Positions 17,401 through 26,918 of a DNA stretch of 48,401 nt are shown piece after piece; positions within the stretch are counted from its first letter, which is position 1; every line of letters begins with the position of its first letter. This DNA is from Candidatus Altarchaeum sp. (GTDB lineage Archaea > Altiarchaeota > Altiarchaeia > Altiarchaeales > Altiarchaeaceae), in contig JAGWDQ010000082.1 of NCBI GenBank assembly GCA_018260615.1, positions 1 through 48,401 of the forward strand, read 5' to 3'. A program made the position numbers and the translations under genes. The notes under the pieces were generated by a model. It was not told the DNA's origin, searched no databases, and saw only the letters and a list, made by a program, of their open reading frames with translations.

Positions 17401-18543
17401 ATGATAAATGTAAATATAATCGGAACAGGGAGAACAAAATTCGGGGTATTAGACAAAAATATTCCTGAATTAGCTTATGAAGCAATGTTAAAATCATTAG
17501 AAGACAGCACTCTTTCCATAACAGAAATTGACGCAATATATGTCGCGAATTTCTGTGCAGGCCCTTTTCAAAACCAATTACATTTAAACTCACTCATTTC
17601 AGGTCTTTTGCCAAAATCAGATATCCCCATAATACGAATAGAGACAGCATGTGCGTCAGGTAGTAGTGCTTTGTATCAGGCAATAATATCTTTAAACAAA
17701 TTTGAAAATATTATGGTTTTAGGTGTCGAAAAAATGACAGATACTGATAATTTGTCTGCTTCAAAGAATATTTCTGCAGCAGGGGACAAATTACTTGATC
17801 AGGATGAAGGGCTTTTATTCCCTGCAAATTATGCTTTAATTGCACAGCAGCATATGCTTACATACGGCACAACGCTTGATGATCTTGCTTTGGTTTCTCT
17901 TAAAAATCACAATAATGGGAACTTAAATGAACTTGCTCATTTTTATCATAAAAAAGTTGATATGGAGGTGATTAAAAATTCACCTGTTGTTTGCTCGCCC
18001 CTGCGGCTTTTTGACTGCAGTCCGGTAAGTGATGGTGCTGCTGCTGTAATTATATCAAGAAATAAAAAAACAGATAGAGACATAAAAATTGTGGCATCCA
18101 CAATGGCAACGGATACTATCTCTTTATGCCAGAGAAAAAATTTAACTTCGTTTAAGGCAGCAAAAATTGCGGCAAAAGAAGCTTACAAACAGGCAGATAT
18201 AAAACCTTCGGATATTGACATTGCAGAAGTTCATGACTGCTTTACTATATCTGAGTTGATTGCTATGGAAGATATTGGATTATGCAAAGAGGGTGAAAGT
18301 AAGTACATGATAAGAGAGAATAGGACAACCCTTCAGGGAGATATACCCATAAATACAGACGGCGGTTTAAAAGCGGATGGTCATCCGATAGGTGCAAGCG
18401 GACTTGCTCAGATTATAGAAGTAGTAACACAGTTGAGGGGAGAAGCGGGAAAAAGACAGGTTCAAGATGCGGAGATTGGTTTAACGCATAATATAGGAGG
18501 TATTGGTGGCACAGCGGTGATTCATATATTAAAAAGGGAGTAA
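17401..18543 (+). CDS. Thiolase, SCP2/archaeal type (acetyl-CoA acetyltransferase)
   Basis: Catalytic motifs ETACASG, EVHDCFT, GHPIGASG, THNIGG. Confidence 0.92.
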   Translation: MINVNIIGTGRTKFGVLDKNIPELAYEAMLKSLEDSTLSITEIDAIYVANFCAGPFQNQLHLNSLISGLLPKSDIPIIRIETACASGSSALYQAIISLNKFENIMVLGVEKMTDTDNLSASKNISAAGDKLLDQDEGLLFPANYALIAQQHMLTYGTTLDDLALVSLKNHNNGNLNELAHFYHKKVDMEVIKNSPVVCSPLRLFDCSPVSDGAAAVIISRNKKTDRDIKIVASTMATDTISLCQRKNLTSFKAAKIAAKEAYKQADIKPSDIDIAEVHDCFTISELIAMEDIGLCKEGESKYMIRENRTTLQGDIPINTDGGLKADGHPIGASGLAQIIEVVTQLRGEAGKRQVQDAEIGLTHNIGGIGGTAVIHILKRE

Positions 18544-18549
18544 AATAAA

Positions 18550-20148
18550 ATGTATCAAAAAACAGCACTGATTACTGGTGGAAATGACGGAATTGGTATA
18601 GCCGTTAGCAAGACACTTTTAGAGGGAGATTATAAAGTTATTATCATAGACAAAAATGTAAATAATGCTAATGAGATGGTCAAAGAGAATAAGAATATTT
18701 ATGTATTTCGCTGCGACATAACCAATGAAAAAGAAGTTACAGAAACATTTAAAAAAATCCGGGAAATTACAGATAACATAGATGTTTTAATCAACTCCGC
18801 AGGTATTGGCGCTTTTGGTGATTTCGATGAAATTGACATTAGTGTATTCAGAAAAGTTATGGATGTTAATTTTTTTGGAACTGTCCGTGTAATAAAAGAG
18901 TGCTTGCCTTCAATGATAAAAAACGAGAAGGGGCATATTATAAATATCTCCTCAATTTCCGGAAAGGTTGCACTTCCGGGCAGTTCTCCATACTGTTGCT
19001 CAAAATGGGCATTAGAAGGTTTTTCAGAATCCTTTAGAATAGAAGTAAATCACAAACATATCGGAGTTAGTGTGATTAACCCTGGAAATGTCAAAACAGA
19101 ATTTACTAAACATTCTCTTTTGTCAAAAGCAGCAAATAACAACCACCGTACATCAAAAGGTACTCCTGTGGATTTTGTGGTCAAAAAAGTCATGCAGGTT
19201 TTAGAAAAGCCAGCGCGAAATATTTACATCCCTTCAAAAATAGGATTGGGTGCGATTATTGATGCGATTTTTCCGTCAGTAATGGATCGTTTCTACTTCC
19301 ATTGTGCAAGAAAAACGAATGTGTGTTTAGACAATGCAAAAGTTGCGGTTGTAACTGGAGCGAGTTCAGGAATTGGAAACGCGGTGGCTTCTACTTTGTG
19401 TGCCAGAGGATTAACAGTAATCATGATCGCCAGAAACAAAGAAAAACTATTTAGTGCAGCAAAAGAGATATCTGCACTTGGGGGCAATCCTGTACCTTTT
19501 CCACTTGACATACGAGATTATGAAGCAGTAAAGCAGACAATTAAAAAGATCATAATGGATTTCGGACAGATAGATATACTTGTAAATAATGCAGGTTACT
19601 CTGTTAGTGGCAAAGTTGAGGATGTCCCTATTGAAAAATACATTTCAAATATGGAAACAAACTTTTTTGGAGGCATTCAAATCATTAAAGAGGTTTTGCC
19701 ATATATGAAACAAGAAAATAATGGACACATAATTAATGTACTCTCCACGAATGCAATAAGAGGGATTCCTAATCTGAGTTCGTATGGTGCAACAAAATTT
19801 GCTTTACGAGCATTCTCTCGATGCCTGGATAGAGAACTGGCAAGAAAAAATATTAACATCAAGGTTTCTGAAGTATTTCCTGCAAGTGTAGAAACTCCTT
19901 TTTTTGTTGAAAATGCTGATACTGTCAGTGGTGCGAGTACTTCCCCTATGCTTAAATTCAATAGAAATCTTTTATCTGCTGAAGAAGTAGCAAAAGAGAT
20001 TATTGTGTTGCTTGAAACTGGAAAAACAAGGAAATTTCTCCCATTGAAGAGCTATTTTCTGTTTGTTGGAAACACTATTTCACCATCACTTGTTGATTTA
20101 TTTTTCCTGAATCGTAAAAAATTAACCCAAACTAAAAATGGTTTTTAA
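18550..20148 (+). CDS. Tandem two-domain short-chain dehydrogenase/reductase
   Basis: Two complete SDR units: TGGNDGIG/INSAG/YCCSK and TGASSGIG/VNNAG/YGATK. Confidence 0.9.
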   Translation: MYQKTALITGGNDGIGIAVSKTLLEGDYKVIIIDKNVNNANEMVKENKNIYVFRCDITNEKEVTETFKKIREITDNIDVLINSAGIGAFGDFDEIDISVFRKVMDVNFFGTVRVIKECLPSMIKNEKGHIINISSISGKVALPGSSPYCCSKWALEGFSESFRIEVNHKHIGVSVINPGNVKTEFTKHSLLSKAANNNHRTSKGTPVDFVVKKVMQVLEKPARNIYIPSKIGLGAIIDAIFPSVMDRFYFHCARKTNVCLDNAKVAVVTGASSGIGNAVASTLCARGLTVIMIARNKEKLFSAAKEISALGGNPVPFPLDIRDYEAVKQTIKKIIMDFGQIDILVNNAGYSVSGKVEDVPIEKYISNMETNFFGGIQIIKEVLPYMKQENNGHIINVLSTNAIRGIPNLSSYGATKFALRAFSRCLDRELARKNINIKVSEVFPASVETPFFVENADTVSGASTSPMLKFNRNLLSAEEVAKEIIVLLETGKTRKFLPLKSYFLFVGNTISPSLVDLFFLNRKKLTQTKNGF

Positions 20149-21247
20149 ATGTGAAAAATGTAATCTGGCGTGGTATTATCCGGTTAAAAAATGTATTTAC
20201 TGTAAAGGAGTGGTTAAAGAATTAAAAGAAGAAAAATATAGAGTTAGAGGAATAACTGAAGTTTTTGTTCCATCTAAAGATCATTCTCAAGTGCCTTATT
20301 ATGATCTCCTTTTAGAAGATGAAAATGATAATTTGCATATCAAGAAATCATTTAAGAAGTATGAAATTGGAGATGTCATACTTACAGATAATAAAAAGAA
20401 AGAGGAACACATTAAAGAGAAAATTGGAGTTATAGGTACTGGTGTCACAGGAACCGGAATTGCTCAGGTTCTTGTTTCTGCCGGATTTGAAGTAATTTTA
20501 AAAAGTAGAACTCAAGAATCATTAGATAGTGCGATTCAGAAAATAGAGAGAGAACTGTTAAGAACAATGAGTGTTTCTGAAAAAAATAAAATTATTAAAA
20601 ATATTAAGCCAACGACTAATTTAGATGATTTGATAAATGCAGATATAATAATAGAATCAGTTACCGAAAATATAAATGTAAAAAAGCAGTTATTTAAGGA
20701 ATTGGATGAAATCCTGCCTGATAAAGCAATAATTGCAACAAATACTTCTTCTCTCTCAATTGATGAATTAGCATCTGCTACTGCAAGACCGGACAGATTT
20801 ATCGGGATGCATTTCTTTAATCCGGTACCTAAAATGTATTTACTTGAAATCGTTCGTGGAGAAAAAACATCCGATACGATAATTGACAAAATAACTAAAC
20901 TTGCAAAACAAATTAATAAAACACCAATAATTACAAAAAACAGCCCGTGTTTCATAGTCAACCGAATATTGGCAGCTTACCTGAATGAGGCAATATGGGA
21001 ACTTTACGAAGGAGTTGCATCAGCAGAGGATATTGATACTGCATCAAAACTCGGACTTAATCATCCAATGGGACCTCTTGCATTGGTAGATTTAATTAGT
21101 CTTGATATAGTCCTTGCCATCCTGAAAAGTTTGCATCAAAGAACCGGAGACAAAAAGTATTTGCCCTGCCCGCTCATAGAAGAAAAAGTTAAAGAAGGTA
21201 AATTAGGCAGAAAAACAAAGGAGGGGTTTTACAAATACATTACTTAA
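20138..21247 (+). CDS. Fusion: DUF35-like Zn-ribbon/OB-fold + 3-hydroxyacyl(butyryl)-CoA dehydrogenase
   Basis: N-terminal CEKC...CIYC followed by an OB-like segment (VPYYDLLLEDE); then GVIGTGVTGTGIAQ, ESVTE, ATNTSSL, HFFNPV, FIVNRIL, GLNHPMGPL. Confidence 0.85.
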   Translation: MVFKCEKCNLAWYYPVKKCIYCKGVVKELKEEKYRVRGITEVFVPSKDHSQVPYYDLLLEDENDNLHIKKSFKKYEIGDVILTDNKKKEEHIKEKIGVIGTGVTGTGIAQVLVSAGFEVILKSRTQESLDSAIQKIERELLRTMSVSEKNKIIKNIKPTTNLDDLINADIIIESVTENINVKKQLFKELDEILPDKAIIATNTSSLSIDELASATARPDRFIGMHFFNPVPKMYLLEIVRGEKTSDTIIDKITKLAKQINKTPIITKNSPCFIVNRILAAYLNEAIWELYEGVASAEDIDTASKLGLNHPMGPLALVDLISLDIVLAILKSLHQRTGDKKYLPCPLIEEKVKEGKLGRKTKEGFYKYIT

Positions 21248-21286
21248 AATAAATGTAAATTTAATTACTTAAATGGCGATTACAAA

Positions 21287-21805
21287 ATGTCTAAAAGAGA
21301 TAAAATAGCTTTTGAAGAAGCAGTTGCATGTTCAAATTCAAGTAACAAATTCACATATGCAATTAAATTTTTAAAGAATTGGCTTTTGGAACGCATTGCA
21401 TCCTCTTTTCCAATACCTTCATGGAGAACAAAATTACATAAAATGAGGGGTATAAAAATCGGAAAAGACGTTTACATAGGTTATGATGTGATATTTGACA
21501 GGATACATCCTGAACTGATAACAATTGAGGATTATGTTGAGATAGGCGACAGATGTATAATAAGCGCGCATTCAAGAGGTACATCACTTTTAAGGGAATT
21601 TTATCCGAGAACAACAGCGCCAGTGGTTATCAAAAAAGGAGTGTGGATCGCTCCGGGATGCATAATATTGCAGGGTGTGAGTATTGGGGAGTGTGCTGTT
21701 ATAGGTACTGGGGCAGTTGTTACTAAAGATGTTCCTTCGTGGAGTGTTGCAGTGGGAGTACCTGCAAACGTTATCAAAACCTTAAAAAATAATTTACGAT
21801 TATAA
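21287..21805 (+). CDS. Hexapeptide-repeat (left-handed beta-helix) acyltransferase
   Basis: IGKDVYIG; VVIKKGVWIAPGCIILQGVSIGECAVIGTGAVVTKDVP...GVPA. Confidence 0.9.
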   Translation: MSKRDKIAFEEAVACSNSSNKFTYAIKFLKNWLLERIASSFPIPSWRTKLHKMRGIKIGKDVYIGYDVIFDRIHPELITIEDYVEIGDRCIISAHSRGTSLLREFYPRTTAPVVIKKGVWIAPGCIILQGVSIGECAVIGTGAVVTKDVPSWSVAVGVPANVIKTLKNNLRL

Positions 21806-21811
21806 AAAAAG

Positions 21812-22966
21812 ATGAGCAATCAAAAAGTATGTACAAGATGTGTCATGGACACATCGGATCCTGATATTCAATTTGATGAAGATGGAGTATGCAATCATTG
21901 TAGAAAATATGAAAAAATAATGCATTGTAGAGTTTATTCTGATGAAGAAAAGCAGCAAAAACTTAAACATCTTGCAAATAAAATCAAAGAAGAAGGAAAA
22001 AATAAGGAATATGATTGTATTATAGGAGTTAGTGGAGGGGTTGATAGCACCATGGTCGCGTACACAGTTAAAAAAAAGTTGGGTTTGAGGCCGTTAGCAA
22101 TTCATTTAGATAATGGGTGGGACTCAGAGTTGTCAATAAAGAATATAGAAAAAATATGCAAGGTGCTTGATATTGATTTATTTACTCATGTGCTTGATTG
22201 GGAAGAATTTAAGAATATACAATTATCCTTCTTAAAATCATCTTTTATAAATGCTGAGATGCCAACAGATCATGCTATAATGGCGGTTCTTTTCCAGGTT
22301 GCTGATGAAAAAAGAATCCCTTACATCATTAACGGGTCTAATTTCACGACAGAAGGCATATTGCCTAATAGTTGGGTTTATGATGTTAGAGACTGGAAAT
22401 TTATTGAAGGGATCCATAGAAAGTTTGGTAAACTGAAATTAAAAACATTTCCTCATTATGGTTTAATAGATATGTTTTATTATCTTTTTATAAAAAGCAC
22501 AAAATTCGTTACAATTTTAGATTACATTGACTATAACAAAAAAGATGCAATGAAACTTATAGAAAAAGAACTAGGGTGGAAATATTATAGCGGGAAACAT
22601 TATGAATCAATATTTACTCGTTTTTACCAGGGATATATTCTTCCAAAGAAATTTAAAATAGATAAAAGAATAGCCCATTTATCTACGCTAATTTGTTCGG
22701 GTCAGATAACAAGAGAGGAAGCATTGGAAGAGTTAAAAAAAGATCCATATCCTTCCGAAGAAATGATGAAAGAGGACAAAGAGTATGTTATAAAAAAATT
22801 AGGGCTTACTGAAGAAGAGTTCGAAAAAATAATGTCGCTGCCAATTAAGACATTTGAAAGTTACCCTAATAATAGTTTTTTATTCAATAAATTAAAACTG
22901 CCACTTAGGATAGCATATAAATTTGGCTTGGTTCCTCCCATTGTATACTTTAGATATTGTGTTTGA
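21812..22966 (+). CDS. N-acetyl sugar amidotransferase (WbpG/WbuX/AglX-like)
   Basis: CTRCVMD...CNHC; PP-loop YDCIIGVSGGVDS; HLDNGW; GKHYES. Confidence 0.9.
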   Translation: MSNQKVCTRCVMDTSDPDIQFDEDGVCNHCRKYEKIMHCRVYSDEEKQQKLKHLANKIKEEGKNKEYDCIIGVSGGVDSTMVAYTVKKKLGLRPLAIHLDNGWDSELSIKNIEKICKVLDIDLFTHVLDWEEFKNIQLSFLKSSFINAEMPTDHAIMAVLFQVADEKRIPYIINGSNFTTEGILPNSWVYDVRDWKFIEGIHRKFGKLKLKTFPHYGLIDMFYYLFIKSTKFVTILDYIDYNKKDAMKLIEKELGWKYYSGKHYESIFTRFYQGYILPKKFKIDKRIAHLSTLICSGQITREEALEELKKDPYPSEEMMKEDKEYVIKKLGLTEEEFEKIMSLPIKTFESYPNNSFLFNKLKLPLRIAYKFGLVPPIVYFRYCV

Positions 22967-23013
22967 GTTAATACATATAAACCCATAAAACAAACAAATA
23001 AACAAAAACGATT

Positions 23014-23631
23014 ATGCTCACTATTATTGATTACGGAATGGGAAATGTAGGTTCAATTAAGAACATGCTAAAAAAAGCAGGATATAATTCAGTTATTACC
23101 TCGCAGATCTCTGAAATAAAAAATGCGACAAAGCTCATTTTACCGGGAGTTGGGTCATTTGATAATGGTATTAAACAGTTATTTAATTTAAATTTAACAG
23201 ATGTCTTAAATGAAAAGATATTAAATGAAAAAACCCCGGTCATGGGAATATGTCTTGGAATGCAGTTAATGACAAAAAACAGCGAGGAAGGAAAATTGTC
23301 AGGATTGGGATGGCTAAATGCAAAAACAATAAGATTTAATTTTAATCAGGATTATTCATTAAAAATTCCGCACATGGGATGGAATTCGGTGAAAATTGAA
23401 AAGAAAAGTAAAATCTTTCAGGACATGTATGACGGGGAAAACAGATTTTATTTTGTTCATTCGTATCATGTTCTTTGCGATAATCAGGAAGATATATTAA
23501 CAAGTACATTTTATGGTTATAACTTTACATCCGGTTTTGAAAGAGATAATATTATCGGAGTACAGTTTCACCCGGAAAAAAGTCATAAATTCGGTATGCA
23601 ACTTTTAAAAAGTTTCGCAAAGAATTTTTAA
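23014..23631 (+). CDS. HisH-like glutamine amidotransferase (glycan-modification paralogue, WbuY/AglY-like)
   Basis: IDYGMGNVGS, LPGVGSFD, GICLGMQ, FYFVHSY, QFHPEKS; located in a glycan operon. Confidence 0.9.
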   Translation: MLTIIDYGMGNVGSIKNMLKKAGYNSVITSQISEIKNATKLILPGVGSFDNGIKQLFNLNLTDVLNEKILNEKTPVMGICLGMQLMTKNSEEGKLSGLGWLNAKTIRFNFNQDYSLKIPHMGWNSVKIEKKSKIFQDMYDGENRFYFVHSYHVLCDNQEDILTSTFYGYNFTSGFERDNIIGVQFHPEKSHKFGMQLLKSFAKNF

Positions 23632-23644
23632 ATAATATATCAGA

Positions 23645-24415
23645 ATGTTAAATACAAGAGTAATACCGGTTTTACTACTAAGAAACAGAGGATTGGTAAA
23701 GACAGTTGAATTCAAAGAAGGAAAATATATAGGAGATCCGATAAACGCAGTTAAAATATTTAATGAAAAAGAGGTGGATGAGTTGATATTCCTTGATATT
23801 ACAGCAAGTAAAGAACAGAGAGAGCCCAATTTTGATTTAATTTATGATATTGCAACAGAGTGTTTCATGCCTTTTGGATACGGTGGTGGAATCAAAACAA
23901 TACAACACATAAAAAAACTCTTTTCATCGGGTGCAGAAAAAGCAGTTATAAACAGCTGTGCAATAGAAAATCCATCTTTCATCAAGGAGGCATCGGATTT
24001 TTTTGGCTCACAAAGTATTGTTGTTTCCATAGATGTTAAAAAGAGTTTAACGGGAAAATATAAAGTTTATGATAGCAGTAAAGATAAATTAACAGATTTA
24101 GACCCAGTGGATTTTTGCATTAAAATGGAATCATTGGGGTGCGGAGAAATTTTTTTAAATTCCGTCGAAAGAGATGGAATTATGAAAGGATATGATATAG
24201 AATTAATAGAAAAAGTAGCAAACGCAGTAAATATTCCAGTAATTGCCTGTGGGGGTGCAGGTAAACTTGAGGATTTCAGAGATGCTGTAAAACAAGGAAA
24301 TGCTTCAGCGGTTGCAGCAGGCAGTTTGTTTGTTTTTTACGGAAAACACAAAGCCGTCCTGATTAATTATCCTTCACAGGAAGAATTAGAAAAAATATTA
24401 GATCAAAAAAGATAA
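23645..24415 (+). CDS. HisF-like TIM barrel (WbuZ/AglZ-like)
   Basis: RVIPVLL, GDPINAVKIFNEKEVDELIFLDI, GYGGGI, ERDGIMKGYD, GGAG. Confidence 0.9.
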   Translation: MLNTRVIPVLLLRNRGLVKTVEFKEGKYIGDPINAVKIFNEKEVDELIFLDITASKEQREPNFDLIYDIATECFMPFGYGGGIKTIQHIKKLFSSGAEKAVINSCAIENPSFIKEASDFFGSQSIVVSIDVKKSLTGKYKVYDSSKDKLTDLDPVDFCIKMESLGCGEIFLNSVERDGIMKGYDIELIEKVANAVNIPVIACGGAGKLEDFRDAVKQGNASAVAAGSLFVFYGKHKAVLINYPSQEELEKILDQKR

Positions 24416-24420
24416 CAAAA

Positions 24421-25491
24421 ATGAAAATTTTAGTTGATATCGGACACCCGGCACATGTGCATTTATTCAAGAACTTTATATGGAACATGGAGAAAAAAGG
24501 ACATGAAATCTTGATAACTGCAAAAGATAAAGATGTTACGATTGAATTACTTGATAACTACGGATTTAAATACGAAATAGTTGGAAAATATGGAAAAAGT
24601 ACATTATCAAAAATTAAAGATATGATAAGCATAGATTATAAGATGTATAAAATTGCTAAAAAATTTAGACCTGATATTTTAACGGGGGTGTCGGCGGTTA
24701 ATGCAGCTCATGTGTCAGCATTATTAAGGAAGCCGTGTGTTGTTTTTGATGACACCGAGCATTCATCATTGGAACATAAATTATACGTTCCATTTGCAAG
24801 TGCAATTTGTACTCCATCCTGTTTCAAAAAAGATTTAGGAAAAAAGCAGATTCGTTTCAATGGCTTCAAAGAACTCGCATACTTGCATCCGAATTATTTT
24901 AAACCAAATTCCGCTATTTTGGATGAATTAAATTTAAGTAAGGATGATAAATTTATAATTGTAAGATTTATTTCATGGCAAGCAACACATGACATTGGAT
25001 ATAAAGGAATGAATTTGGAATCAAAAATTAGATTAGTTAAAGAAATGGAGAAATATGGAAAGGTCTTTATAACATCTGAATCTAAATTAGAAAAGGACTT
25101 TGAAAAATATAGAATTACAATTTCACCTGAAAAATTACATGATTTGCTTTATTATGCGACATTGTATATTGGCGAAGGGGGAACTACTTCAACAGAAGCG
25201 GCAATTCTTGGAACTCCCTCAATACTCATTGATTCCCAGGCAAAGTTTTGTGGAGTGCATAATGAACTGATGAATACATACGGCTTGCAGTTATATTATG
25301 ACTCTGACAAAAAAGAGGATGCCTTTAAGAAAGCAATTGAAATATTAGAAAATAAAAATTCAAAAAAGGACTGGCAAATAAAGAGAGAAAAAATGCTTAA
25401 AGACAAGATTGATGTAACAAAATTTATGGTTGACTTTATTGAGAATTATCCGGAAGGTCTTTATGAATATAAATGTAATTATTTAAAATAA
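24421..25491 (+). CDS. DUF354 family protein (GT-B-like fold)
   Basis: MKILVDIGHPAHVHLFKN, DDTEH, KELAYLHPNYFKP, EGGTTSTEAAILGTP. Confidence 0.85.
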   Translation: MKILVDIGHPAHVHLFKNFIWNMEKKGHEILITAKDKDVTIELLDNYGFKYEIVGKYGKSTLSKIKDMISIDYKMYKIAKKFRPDILTGVSAVNAAHVSALLRKPCVVFDDTEHSSLEHKLYVPFASAICTPSCFKKDLGKKQIRFNGFKELAYLHPNYFKPNSAILDELNLSKDDKFIIVRFISWQATHDIGYKGMNLESKIRLVKEMEKYGKVFITSESKLEKDFEKYRITISPEKLHDLLYYATLYIGEGGTTSTEAAILGTPSILIDSQAKFCGVHNELMNTYGLQLYYDSDKKEDAFKKAIEILENKNSKKDWQIKREKMLKDKIDVTKFMVDFIENYPEGLYEYKCNYLK

Positions 25492-25500
25492 TAATAAAGA

Positions 25501-25821
25501 ATGGAACACTTTATGAAAGATGATGCTCTGGGATATTTTGTACAGCGAATTCGTGAGCAGTTAGATAATAATCTTAAACGGATTATTTTATTTGGTTCGA
25601 AGGCTCGCGGAGATGATGTGGTGGGTTCTGACTATGACTGTCTGGTAATTGTAGACGCGGTTTCACGAAAAATCAATGATATTGTAGATAAAGTGGCAGG
25701 TGAAACCCTCTATCAATATAACACAGTATTTTCTGTAGTTCTCATCTCGGAAGAAAAATATAATCGTCAAATTTACAATCCACTCTTGATGAATATTAAC
25801 AAGGAGGGGACTATATTATGA
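25501..25821 (+). CDS. Minimal nucleotidyltransferase (MNT) antitoxin
   Basis: LFGSKARGD...SDYDCLVIV; 4-bp overlap with the HEPN gene. Confidence 0.85.
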   Translation: MEHFMKDDALGYFVQRIREQLDNNLKRIILFGSKARGDDVVGSDYDCLVIVDAVSRKINDIVDKVAGETLYQYNTVFSVVLISEEKYNRQIYNPLLMNINKEGTIL

Positions 25822-26264
25822 ACAAAAATAAAATTCTCATGGAACAATTGGAAACAATGATACGAAAGGCTGAACGTTCACTTGCTTCTGCCAAACGGCA
25901 GATTGAAGAAGGCGATTATGACTTTGCATCGTCTCGCGTTTACTATGCTGCTTTTTACGCGATGGAAGCCATTCTCCTGACTGAAAACATGGTGTTCTCC
26001 AAACATGGTGCCGTTATTGGTGCCTTTAACCAGCATTTCATCAAACCAGGTATTTTTCCAAAAGAATTCAGCAAGCTAATCACTCGTATTTTTCGTGAAA
26101 GGCACATCGGAGATTATGAATTTGATTTAAGTATCGGAGAGGATGAAGCAAAAGAAGATCTTGAGCATGCTGAAAGAATAGTGAAAAATATCACGAGTTA
26201 CTTAACCAGAGAAGGATTTATAGAGTACAAATTAGGGGCGGAAGAAAAAGAGGAAAACTTATAA
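25818..26264 (+). CDS. HEPN domain protein (MNT-HEPN pair)
   Basis: SRVYYAAFYA, KHGAVIGAF, RHIGDY. Confidence 0.85.
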   Translation: MNKNKILMEQLETMIRKAERSLASAKRQIEEGDYDFASSRVYYAAFYAMEAILLTENMVFSKHGAVIGAFNQHFIKPGIFPKEFSKLITRIFRERHIGDYEFDLSIGEDEAKEDLEHAERIVKNITSYLTREGFIEYKLGAEEKEENL

Positions 26265-26272
26265 AACAAAAA

Positions 26273-26911
26273 ATGATATCCTTAAATAGAGTAATGGTTT
26301 TAAGCCCGCACACCGATGATGGGGAAATCGGGGCCGGAGGTACAATAGCACGACTAATTGAAGAAGGAAAGGATGTTTATTATGTTGCATTTTCAAGTTG
26401 TGAGGAATCATTGCACAAGGGATTAAAAGATGACACTTTGAAAAAGGAATGTATTGAAGCAACTGGTCTTTTGGGAATTCCAAAGAAAAATGTCATTTTA
26501 CTTGATTATAAAGTCAGATATTTTTATCAGCACAGGCAGGAAATTCTGGATGAAATAATAAGACATAATAAAGAAATTTCACCCGATGTTGTTTTTGTTC
26601 CATCATTTTATGATACACATCAGGATCATCAGGTTATCTATAATGAATCATTGAGGGCATTTAAAAAAAGTGCTTCCATATTGGGATATGAGCATCCATG
26701 GAATAATCTATCCTTTACAACACACATATATTTTAAATTGGAGGAAAGACATATACAAAAAAAGATAAATGCTTTAAAATGTTATAAATCGCAGGACTTT
26801 CGGTCATATTTTGATGAAAAATATATAAAGGCGTCTGCTTATGCCAAGGGAGTTGAAGTAAATTTTCCTTATACCGAGACATACGAATTAATAAGATTAC
26901 TCATAAAATAA
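26273..26911 (+). CDS. PIG-L/LmbE family deacetylase
   Basis: LSPHTDDGEIGAGGTI, DTHQDHQ, YKSQ. Confidence 0.9.
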   Translation: MISLNRVMVLSPHTDDGEIGAGGTIARLIEEGKDVYYVAFSSCEESLHKGLKDDTLKKECIEATGLLGIPKKNVILLDYKVRYFYQHRQEILDEIIRHNKEISPDVVFVPSFYDTHQDHQVIYNESLRAFKKSASILGYEHPWNNLSFTTHIYFKLEERHIQKKINALKCYKSQDFRSYFDEKYIKASAYAKGVEVNFPYTETYELIRLLIK

Positions 26912-26918
26912 AATCAAC

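Noticed and set aside
17401-18543. Mevalonate-pathway (lipid) thiolase operon
   Set aside because: No HMG-CoA synthase or reductase is adjacent, and the DUF35 is fused to a dehydrogenase within a glycan operon; a moonlighting role cannot be excluded.
23014-24415. Histidine biosynthesis genes hisH/hisF
   Set aside because: No other his genes are present and they follow an N-acetyl sugar amidotransferase, the known glycan acetamidino arrangement; symbols not assigned.
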